Program-made: the position numbers and the translations under genes
Shown: in pieces, positions 11,701 to 23,700 of the stretch
Numbering within the stretch: position 1 is the first letter of the stretch
How the letters are laid out: each line of letters opens with the position of its first letter
From: Stegostoma tigrinum
Taxonomy: Eukaryota
Length of the DNA stretch: 64,000 nucleotides
Reading direction: 5' to 3'
NCBI RefSeq assembly: GCF_030684315.1
Contig: NC_081369.1
Coordinates: forward strand, 32,479,152-32,543,151
The notes under the pieces: model-generated
The model's database searches: none
Seen by the model: the letters and a program-made list of their open reading frames with translations, nothing else
What the model was told of the DNA's origin: nothing

Positions 11701-14700
11701 TAGCCTTCCATTTTGGATAATAAATATAATTTATGTGGAATTTTTAAAGTGGATTCTTCTGTTCCTTGGTTAAAATATGGAGAGAAATATTGTTTTCTGT
11801 TGTAAGGAACAACATATCCAAATAGCAACACAAGGCTAAAACGAATAATTTATTTTTGATTGTTCAACTATAGGCATATACAAAATCTCGTTCATATGTT
11901 TAAGAATATTTGATGCAGATTACTTGTAGAGATTTATATAGAGCGCATGCACTCTCTGGAATAGCATTTGCTGTCCTAAGTGCAGCATTTAGGACCCAGA
12001 GATTTATTACACCCACAGCAGTGCATAGATGTGACCTTGCAATTTAAAAATAAACTCTACGACTCCAGTTAATGCTACAAATCAATCGGAAATTTCCCAG
12101 TCTCCCGTGCCAATCCTGCCCACCCAGTTAGTGACTTAATTTAGATGGACAATCGTTTATATTTCCCTCATATGCTTAGAATCTGTTTTGTTCGGATCCT
12201 AGAGTACATATCTGTCGCAGAGATCTAACTTTGTTCTGAATTTCTATGACCATTTCTACGATGCATCATCTTGGAGCAATTTTGATGTCAAAGAAATTTA
12301 ATTCCTTCCTCCCACTTTTTGAGGGTAGCAACTATTTTGTCAATACGCATTTGAAAACACAAATTATGTTAGGTGCTACACAGATACCAAATGCTCCTTA
12401 AAATCTTGAAGTAAGGAAAATGTTCCTCTCCATATTTTTACCAAGGAACAGAAGGATCCAACTCTCCACAAAACATATAAATATATTTACATCAGCTTCC
12501 TGACCATAACTTGGCTCCACCATGCCATTTATGGTTGAATAGCTTGTGAGTACTCTTTTTTTGCTTCCCTACAAGCCAATCATAGAAGGAATCGGACCCT
12601 AGAAATACGAGAACTCAGCTTCCATTTGACAACTTGACAGTATTAGCTATCTCAATTCTCAGTTTCACCATAAAAAGTTGGATGGACAACTGTTATTCTA
12701 TTTGCCCCAAGTCCCAATTACTTTTGTGTGTAGTTGAGGAGATTTATCAATAAGTCTGCATGAAATTGACTTACCCTCTATGGGTATCAGTGTAGAGAAC
12801 AGCATTACTCTTTGGAGCCTCTATTATTACAAAACCTGAATCAAGTTTGATCATGGATCTTACACACAAACCAAAGGATGCCCTCCTATTGTATGCCTAA
12901 GTGTTTAGATATAGAAACCCCACAGAATGGAAAGAGGACTTTTTGCCCAATGAGCCGGCACCAATATTCTGAAGAGTATCACACCCACACCCAGTGCCCA
13001 GCCTATTCCTAGACACTACGGGCAAATTTAGCATGGCCATCCACCTTACCCACAAATTTGTGGGAGGAAACTGGAGCAGCTAGCAGAAACCCACACAGAC
13101 ATAGGGAGAATGTGCAACACCACGCAGACATCCAAGGCTGGGATTGAACCTGGTTCTCTGCTGCTGTGAGGCAGCAGTGCCAACCACTGAGCTGCTGTCT
13201 TGCCCGACAAATATAAATGACAGTTTTGTTTTAGAATGGCCTCAGAGCTGTTCTTTTCCACCTCACTGTCATAGTACTACTCATCAACATGTGGCTTTTG
13301 TTTTGATCACCAAATTATTCTCCTAATATCATTAAAACAAAGGCTTTGTTGCAAGCCAGCCGTAGATCCTGAGGGTAAAAAGGTGAAAAATATTACTTTC
13401 TAAACAGTCTTGAGGAATAATATATCTTGTGTGCAGAGCAGGACTGAGTAAAATGTTGGATCAATAAGTACTTATTTTCATATTGACCTCACAATCTAAA
13501 TGGCTATGCAAATGCTGAACTGTCTAACAATTCACATTCCTAATTTTGCTGAAAGAATTCTATTGTGAAGTAATGGGTGCACTCTGAAATACATGTTAAA
13601 AATTTCAAGAATTACACACTATACTATAGATGGACTATAGAAAGTCTACTTGACATACAAACATTTAGGTTTGCTCCAGAGATTGTGAATAGAATAGGAG
13701 TTACTGCCTTATTTACCAATAAAGGATGTTTACAGTTAGTGATGTGTGATGCTGCTTAATGCTGTGCTGTGAGAAAAGTTCTGTTTTCTATGACGAGTGC
13801 AGTTTTGATTTAGCCAACATAGACAAACAGCAGTGAATAATTACTAACATGTATTTGGTCTTGCATTCCGCTAGGATACAACCCAAGAACAAGATCAGGA
13901 ATATTGCTCACTTTTCTTCTAACATGTGTGATCACCACAGCTGTTTGTTCTGGAGCATTCATTTTTTGCAGCTTTAAAAGACAAGGTAAAGCATCGGTCT
14001 TCCTGGAGCTTGGTTTTGGGAATGGCGTTGAATTTGGCAAGACTATATTTAATGCCCATGACTAGTTTGCCTAGAAGGGTGGTGTTGGTCCGTTTTGATC
14101 CTTACCAATCATGTGATAGTGATGCTCTCTCAGTGATGTAACATAGAAGATTTTACAATATTAATCCATTTTAAATAGAGTACTATTTCTTGCTATTCCT
14201 GGTACTGTAAATTGTAGTTATTTTTATCATCCAAATACACATTCCTGGTGAGGGTTTTTATGCTGACTTTCACTTTACAAATCCCAGTGGGATCAGGACT
14301 CCACATGGCAATGATTTTAAAATCATGTTCACATGCTCCTGTCTGGATCCTGACACTTCCAGGACAGCTTTCTGTTTTTAAGAGTGAGAGCAGAGAAGTG
14401 GGGAACTGAAGTCAGCTCCTCTCCAGATTACCAGCTCATTAAGCTCCTTTAGAGTCAGCGTGGGTAGCGCTGTCATTTTCAAAAGGGAGCCCAGTGAACT
14501 TGAACAATCTGGTGCATGTTAGTACCCAGCTGTCAGTTTACAGTGGGAGACCTGAAAATGCACTTACATTGACTGAAAAATGTTTGTGCAGGGCATTTGG
14601 GGCAGAGGTATGCTTATTAATTTTTATTTGGCTTGCGTTCCTTCCGTTAACACACACCAGCCCTTTAAGGAGCTTCCTACTGTTTAGGCAATGACAGATC

Positions 14701-17700
14701 TCAGCATGGCTGCCGGTACCGGGCTGGCTGTTCCCACCTAGTGGAGATATTGAGCACATCTCCTGCCCAATTAGGGCATTTGCATTTAAAAATAAGCTGA
14801 TAGGAGCAGGATTGCAGGAAAATATCCACATATAGGGTTCAAAATTCTGCTTTAAAGCCTGGGCCTTCGTTACTTCAACCCTGAATTTCAGAAGAGAACT
14901 CAATTTTTGGCAAATGGGATTGACAGTAGTCAACCATTTAGATTAGTTGAAGGTATAAGAGAAAGAGACCCAGTTATAAGTTATATTTGCAGGTTTCACA
15001 GTAGAAATTGAAATGGCATACAAAACTAGATCCTGTTCCACTTACGGAGAACACCTTTAATCAATCTGTAAGCTATCGTATGTAAATTTTTATAAACTTG
15101 CAATGTCCCAGATACCAGTTACTTATGATCCTTGTATGCTAGGCTTCATCTCAGGTAGTCAGTGTTCAATGCTCCATGAACTTCTGGCATATCTTTATGG
15201 TCAATGACCAGTCCACTGTACATGCCGTAAAGCAAGTTATGCTGCTGCTTTATAGAACTTTAGTTAGGCCACACTTGGGATGCTGCATATAGTTCTGGTC
15301 ATCACACTGCCAGAAGGATATGGATGCTTTGGAGAGGGTGCAGGAAAGCTTTACCAGGATGTTGCCTAGTATGGGGGAATTTTAGCTATAAAGAAAAGTT
15401 GGATAGACTGGGTTTTGTTTTCACTGGAATGCAGGAGGTTGAGGGGGCAACCTGATAAAAGTTTATAAGGTTGTGAATGGCATGGATAGAGTGGAAAGTA
15501 TGAGGCTTTTTCCCAGGGTAGAGGGGTCAATTACTAGGGAACAGAGGTTCAAGGTGCAGTTGGTAGGAGTGAGATGTGTGAGGCAAGTTTTCCGCAAAAA
15601 GGGTGGTGAGTGCCTGGAACATGCTGCCAGAGAAGGTGGTGGAAGCAGCCACAATAGCAGCATTCGAGAAACGCATGAATGGATATATGAATAGAAAGGA
15701 AATAGAGGGATATGGATCATATAAGCGAATACAGTTTTAGTATGTGAAGGCAAAATATGTCAGTGCAGGCTTGGAGGGCCATGAGTTCTGTTCCTGTGCG
15801 ATATTGTTCTTTGTTCTTCCGCGTTTGGAGAGCCCAGTTCCCAGTTAACAAAGCTGACTTTTTTGGTCTGACTTCCTATGCATTTCTGACCCTACCCCAT
15901 ACCAAATAAGGCAAGGACTTGAATTGGGTTATCTGATTCTAGTGTTAACCCCACCCTGGCTGTGCTGGGACCACCTTCATGGTGTCATATCCTGTTCTCC
16001 ATATGGTTTGTCTTCCAGAACTATGTTAACAGTGAGTGTGATTTTAGCTTCATAGAGGTCCAGAGCACAGAAAAAGGCACATTGGCCTATGGAGTCTGCA
16101 TTGGTCAAAAACAAGCACCTAACTTTTCCAATCCCATTTTCCAGCATTTGGCCTATAACCTACCATGCCTTGCATTGCAAGTGCACATTTAAACACTGCT
16201 CAAATAATATGAGGGTTTCTGCCTCTACCACCCTTACAGGCAATGAGTTCCAGATTCCCACCACTCTCTGAGTGGAAGAGAATTTCCTCACATTCCATCT
16301 AAACAGCGTGCCCCTTACCTTAAATCTATGCTGCAGTCATTGATTGCTCCACCAAGGATAAATGCTCCGTCCTGTCTACCCTGCCTATAACCCCATAGTT
16401 TTATTATCTCAATCGTGCCGCCCTCAGTCTCCTCTACTCCAATGTGTCCAACAAGGCATCTGTGGCAAATCTCCATTTCAGGGACATGGCCTGACATTTC
16501 CTTGTAGGCTGTGTATTAATTACAATGGCCTTGTTAGCCCAGAAACTCCAAGGCTCCCTGAATGGACCAGATTAACAGCTCCAATCAGGGAACTCAGATT
16601 CTGTGGGTCTACCTGGTTGACCTTGTTACAACACTACAATTACTATAATACAAATGTAACTAATACTTTAGTTTATTGCATTTGTTTGATACAAATAATC
16701 CATTGGATTACAAAGGATATCATCGAGCTTCTATCCAAAGATAATGGTGCATAAAAATAAATTTTAAATACTAGGAAAATTATCAGTGAAGCATATTACA
16801 AGATTGACAGTTTGTTTAAGAGAACAGCAGCTAGGTAATGCTATTCCTCTTCGTTTTTTTTTCAGCTCCAAAAGTGACAGACATCATTAAACCAAGCTGT
16901 TTCCGTGTAAATGATTCAGTCTCTCTGGCTTGTGCAGTTCTCTGGTTCAAACCAAAAGCTATCGAAGTCTCTTGGTACAGAGAGGAAGAGGATAAATTCC
17001 AGAAAGTTCTCATCTGTAAATGGAACAGCACCTCATCTTCTGTAAAACAATCGGAATACAGAAAAATAGTAGATTATTATCAGAGTGACCAAGACAAAAC
17101 AATATACTTCACAAGAGGAGACTATGACATTGCTATGTCATTAAAAAATCACAAAAGAAGTGGAGCATACAGTTTAGTCTCTCAGCTCACCTTCAGAAGT
17201 ACAGAAGCTACAACAAGAAAGCTAGTATATTCTTTTGAAGTCCAGCATGATGCTCTGAAACACGAAATTTCAAAAGCCATTGCTTTTGAAACTGAAGGTG
17301 AATTACATTTATTTTACTGCATAATAAAATGCCAGATAAATTAGAATTATATTAGTTTGTGCTAAAATGCCCATGGGATAACAAAATACAAATTCTAGTA
17401 GATAGCTGTGCGTATTGTACTCTTTAAATTAGTGGACCAGACTTAAGATATTTAGTTGAACTCCTATGTCTAATATTTTAATGATAATAGATCCATTTTG
17501 CACTTATGTAACACACTTAGCATGATAAAACTTTCTAAGCCCCTTCACAGGGGCATTAACAAAGCTTGATTCTAAACTAATGAGAGATATTAGGCCAAAT
17601 GACCAAAAACTTGAACACAGAGCTAAATGTTAAGGTCTGTAAAGTAGGAGAGAGAGAGAGAGAGCAAGCAGACAGGTTAAAGTAGGGAATTTAAGAGCTT

Positions 17701-20700
17701 TAGGACTAAGGCAGCAAAAGGCACAACCACCAATGGTGGAACCCTTAAAGTTGGAGATGCACGGGAGGCCCGAATTAGAGCAGTCCAGTTATCATAACAG
17801 TTTGTCTGGAGGAGTGCACAGCAATATTGAGCAGGAAAGGCATGCATGGGTTGAAAAACAAGTATAAGAGCTTTTAAATTGTGACACTGTGGGACTATAG
17901 TCAAAATAGATCAGTAAACACCGGGAGAACGAGTAATCAGGAATTATTGTAAGTCATGATACGGAGCAGAGTTTGGATGAGGTCAAGTTTATGAAAGGTG
18001 CAACATGGGAGGCTGACCAGGTGATGGTTAGATTGGTCAGGGCTAGAGGTAAAAAAAGCAAAGAAAAGTGGTTCAGCAGCAGGCAAACTGAGGCAGGGGT
18101 GGAGGTAGTTGACATGGAAGTAAGGACAATAACCTATTTAACATACTTGGATAATGGTTTGTCTAATATAATGGTCAGTGAATTGTTAGGCAGATACTTT
18201 GCATGCTCATCCCTTAACATCACACTATGACATTTAGGATATATTTGAAAATTTTGACTACTGCCAACATACCCCAAGTAAAGTGAACAGAAAGTAGCAT
18301 TAGGGCCTCAGGATATTAACTAGATTGCAAAATTTGCAGCGTTGGTGCTCATCTGCTTCTCCTTTTACCCATGTTAACAACCTCATTGTGATGTCTTTTT
18401 TCCAGTTAGCTGAGATTTAATTGTGGAAAAGGGAAGAAACAGTGAAAGTGTCCAGCAATTTGGAGAAGTGCAGTGTGTTCCTGTCAGAAAGATTTAAGTA
18501 ACAGCCTTTAAACCTGATGAGTGAACTTGTGGGAAAATCAATAGGCTTCCAGTGAGCAGATTTCACTCAATATTCTGTTTGTGTACAAAACTAGTAGTAA
18601 TTTAAGGGTATATGTTCTTTGCATGTTAAATCACAGAAAGATTGTTTTGTATGTTAAGCAATTTGTTGAAATGAGTTTAGTTTTGAATGGGTCTTCTGGA
18701 AGCAGAATTTTTAACTATTGTCAGGCCACAGCTCTGTGTTTTAAATTTGAGAAAAAAACTCAGGCTAAGAGGGAGACTGGGAAATGTTGGTCAAAACTAC
18801 TTGCAATGAGATATGAATCTTGTTGTATCCCTCTGGTTAAAATCTGCTGTTGCTTAAAAGGGCTATGTGTGTATTGACTAAAAGCAAGAAATCTGAGCAG
18901 GAACAATGACAGACAGATCAAAGAAGCTAATAATGAACATCGGGAAAATAAAACTTGGACATTTTGTGTCTTAAGACAGTAAGATGTAGACACAGCAGTT
19001 GCCATTCAGCCCATAGAGTATGCTCTGCCATTCATTGAGATCACAATTAATCTGATATTCCTCAACTCTACTCTTTCACCTTATTCCCTCAACCCTTGAC
19101 TGCCTTACTAATTAAAAATCTGCCCATCTCAACTTTGAATATGGGAACTTAGAAAATAGATTTGGCCCTTCAGTCTTCTGTTATTCAAGATATTCATGGC
19201 CAATCATTCAACTCAGTACTCTGTACCCGCCTTCTCCACAGCCTTAATGAGCCAGCCCCTACAGCTCTCTGTGATAATGAATTCCACAGACTTAATATCC
19301 CATGAGAGATAAAATGCTTCCCCATATCTGTCCTAAATGAATGACTCCTTACTCTGAGATTATAACCTCTGGTCATAGACTCTCCCACAAGGGGAAACAC
19401 CCTATCCACATCCACCCTTTCAAACCCCCTACCAATCCAGTATGTTTCAATAAGTTTGCTGTTATTGTTCTAAGCCCGAGTGAGTGCAGACTCTCCCTAT
19501 TCAACCTCTCCGCATAAGAAAATCCCTTCATATTTAGAATCAACCAAGTGAACCTTCCCTGGACTGTTTGCAGTGACAGCATGCCCTTCTTGCCTTAAGA
19601 GGATCAAAGCTGTTCAATGTTCCAGCAATCATCTGATGAGTGACTTATATAATTTTAGCAAGACATCCCTACGTTTATTCTCCATTTCCTTTGAAATAAA
19701 GGCCAACATTCCAATTTTCTTCCCTGGTGGAATTAGGATGTGAGCTGGTGAATTTGGATGTGAGCTTTTATTTTGTGATTCATGCACAAGGACTCCCAAA
19801 TTTCTCTGCACTGCAGCCTCCAGCAGCCTTTCTCCATCTAAATCATTTCCAGCTTTCCAAATGAGATATGGTGCTTGAAGATGTCCTTTTTGGGCCTGGG
19901 GCCCAGAATTACGTCACAACTGTGGTTTGCAATTTCTACAAGTAAGTATTCTTCGCGATGTGAAAAGAAGTTTTATAATCTCACCAAAGCAACCAAGATA
20001 AGCTATCTGGTGCCACCTTACCTTTCACTACAATCTCTTTATATTTATGTGCAACATCTTCACAGTTGCAGTGGAATCAGATGGAAGTAAGATCTTATAA
20101 TAGGAAGCAAAGGCTCTTTGGACGCAAACTACTTTCTGTCTATTTTCTCTAATCAGTTGAGATCTACTTTGAAGCTAAACTAGTTAGGTGAACATCTTAT
20201 TCACAAGAAGCCCTGAGGGCCATCTCAGTTAACCTAAGATAGATGGCATGGATCATGGTAGCTTTCAATCGCATTCTTTGTGCCAATTTCCACGAACAGT
20301 TGACAGTGACATTTTTTTAAAGTATATGATACCCGACCAAGGATAGTTTTTTTTTTCTCTATCGGTCTCGTTTTATGTTTCAAATAGAACTTTTCAACCA
20401 GGTAACTCAGTTCAGTTTTGTACCATTTTGAAATAATTCCAGTATATCTCAAGTTTAAGCGATTAAATTTCTGGGAGCAGATTTTGATCTTATTATCCTG
20501 TTGTTTGCAAATATGCAGCACTGTGCAAAAAGGGAGCATCTTCTATCTGTAGTCAATTCCACTGGATTTTAGATTGAGTGTACCCTGCCTGAAACATGAA
20601 ACACTACTCTTCTGCACAGAATTCTGCCACATTGTCCAAGTATTCTAAGCGCCTTAGAAACTCTAACTTTATACGTAAAAAAACATACCCTTTATATGTT

Positions 20701-23700
20701 TAGATTAGATTAGATTCCCTACAGTGTGGAAACAGGCCCTTCAGCCCAACAAGTCCACACCGCCCCTTGGAACATCCACCCAGACCCATCCCCTTATAAC
20801 CCACACACCCCTGAACACTACGGGCAATTTAGCATGGCCAATCCACCTAGCCTGCACATCTTCGGACTGCGGGAGGAAACCGGTTCACCCGGAGGAAACC
20901 CACACAGACACGGGGAGAATGTGCAAACTCCACACAGACAGTCATCCGAGGCTGGAATTGAACCCGGGTCCCTGGCTCTGTGAGGCTGCAGTGCTAACCA
21001 CTGAGCCACCGTGCTGCCCTTGCACTGTGCCATTTGGCACTAAGAGGGTCCAAGATTAAATTTTAGCCTTTTGTAAAATTAACTTATCCATAGCAGAGTG
21101 GGGTGGGATACCAAAATTAACCTCATCACCCGAATTGTTTGTGAATGTCAGATAGGGCAAGATCAGTCCCTGTTAACTCATGAAGAATGGATCAGATATC
21201 AGAGACCAATTGACATCCATAGCATCGCACTTGATCAAGGAGTTAATGCCTTATGCAAAAATGAGGAGAAAGATTATTTCATATCTCATGCTTTGGGGTC
21301 CTTGGAGAAAAGGCACAAATGACTATTTTTAATAATCCACCCTATTTCCCATGACTTTCACGTACTCAGTCCCAGACAACTTGGCAAAAATTCCAGATAT
21401 GTATATACAAGTTCCTGAAGTAGTTGATGTTGTTATGACCAGCCTTTAGCACAGTCATTGCATTGCTCAGTACTGGAGGTATCTTAGAACTTCTCTGGAA
21501 AAAGAACATTCCCTGGAGTGAGAGAGCTTCTTTTAGCAGCAATAGCTTCAAATAGTAAAGGGGACCCCAATGTCTGTTCATTGAAACGTCAAATGCGTAG
21601 CTAAAATAAACAATAACAACCATTGTACGATATTTGGGGAAAAAATGTTTTGGATTTGCAATACTTAACCTGTCAAATATAGAAAGTAATTAGTATTTCA
21701 AACCATGATGAAAAGTTGACAAACGAAGCTAAAACAGGAGGTTACAAAATTGGAAAAAAGCTATGTCAGTTATCTTTGGATAATATGGTCCTGTTAGTTA
21801 CAAAACGTAACTTAGTTTGATTGAAGATGGAGTTTGATTTTGAATGATTTTGTATAATTGTTAACAGGTGCGTGTGAGGATCTTGGATATTTTCCATCAC
21901 AATTGAAGCGCGCTGACTGGGCAATTCATGCTATCGAAGAAGGTCGTCGGGCGGTGGTAAATTACATCAGTCCAAATATACAACCACTTTTAAACCTCTT
22001 AGTGAATAAGAAAATAATATCTGAAGATGATCACAATGCAATAAAAGATAAACCAGACATTGATAAAGGTCGAATTCTTCTCGACATGCTAAGCCACAGA
22101 GGGCAGGAATTATGTGCTAATTTTCTGAATGTGCTACAAGACACTGAAGACTATTATCCTGGCTTAAAACAGTTCATAACAACACTGCTGGAATCCTACA
22201 CTGACAAAGTTGAAAGGCCAACTATTGGTGTCCTCCATGAAAACCTACCAATTGTTTCATTTGAGGGGACTAGTGAAAATCTCCAAATAACCGATTTCCT
22301 TGAAGGTAAGCATGATTTATCAAAGATGAGCTCTTGGATGTTTGTAACAAAAAGACATCTCCACATTTAACATTCTAATATTGTTACCAGCCTGGATCCA
22401 TTGATTTTGAAATTCTTTAACAGTGATGGCTGGAAACATAATTTAAACCCATTACACATCAATCTGTGATAATGGGAACTACAGATGCTGGAGAATCCAA
22501 GATAATAAAATGTGAGGCTGGATGAACACAGCAGGCCCAGCAGCATCTCAGGAGCACAAAAGCTGACATTTCAGGCCTGGACCCTTCATCAGATAGGGGG
22601 ATGGGGTGAGGGTTCTGGAATAAATAGGGAGAGAGGGGGAGGCAGACCGAAGATGGAGAGAAAAGAAGATAGGTGGAGAGGAGAGTATAGGTGGGGAGGT
22701 AGGGAGGGGATAGGTCAGTCCAGGGAAGACGGACAGGTCAAGGAGGTGGGATGAGGTTAGTAGGTAGGAGATGGAGGTGCGGCTTGGGGTGGGAGGAAGT
22801 GATGGGTGAGAGGAAGAACAGGTTAGGTAGGCAGAGACAGGTTGGACTGGTTTTGGGATGCAGTGGGTGGAGGGGAAGAGCTGGGCTGGTTGTGTGGTGC
22901 AGTGGGGGGAGGGGACGAACTGGGCTGGTTTTGGGATGCAGTGGGGGAAGGGGAGATTTTGAAGCTGGTGAAGTCCACATTGATACCATTGGGCTGCAGG
23001 GTTCCCAAGCGGAATATGAGTTGCTGTTCCTGCACCCTTCGGGTGGCATCATTGTGGACTGCAGGAGGCCCATGATGGACATGTCATCTAAAGAATGGGA
23101 AGGTGAGTGGAAATGGTTTGCGACTGGGAGGTGTAGTTGTTTATTGCGAACCGAGCGGAGGTTCGCAATAAACAACTACACCTCCCAGTCGCAAACCATT
23201 TCCACTCCCCCTCCCATTCTTTAGATGACATGTCCATCATGGGCCTCCTGCAGTCCACAATGATGCCACCCGAAGGGTGCAGGAACAGCAACTCATATTC
23301 CGCTTGGGAACCCTGCAGCCCAAAGGTATCAATGTGGACTTCACCAGCTTCAAAATCTCCCCTTCCCCTACTGCATCCCAAAACCAGCCCAGTTCGTCGC
23401 CTCCCCCCACTGCACCACACAACCAGCCCAGTTCTTCCCCTCCATGCACTGCATCCCAAAACCAGTCCAACCTGTCTCTGCCTCTCTAACCTGTTCTTCC
23501 TCTCACCCATCCCTTCCTCCCACCCCAAGCCGCACCTCCATCTCCTACCTACTAACCTCATCCCACCTCCTTGACCTGTCCGTCTTCCCTGGACTGACCT
23601 ATCCCCTCCCTACCTCCCCACCTGTACTCTCCATCTTCGGTCTACCTCCCCCTCTCTCCCTATTTATTCCATTTCCCTCACCCCATCCCCCTCTCTGATG

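Noticed and set aside
10907-17344. Immunoglobulin/IgNAR/TCR or MHC constant-region locus
   Set aside because: Single-exon V with an encoded G strand, no RSS or J segments seen, and motifs fit B7-H6-like proteins.
20066-20086. Possible 21-nt symmetric micro-exon (CACAG..GTAAGA) between Ig and CARD exons
   Set aside because: In frame but too short and weak to distinguish from chance.
20930-21019. tRNA-like sequence with A and B boxes
   Set aside because: Head of a SINE followed by SINE body and tail; not a tRNA gene.
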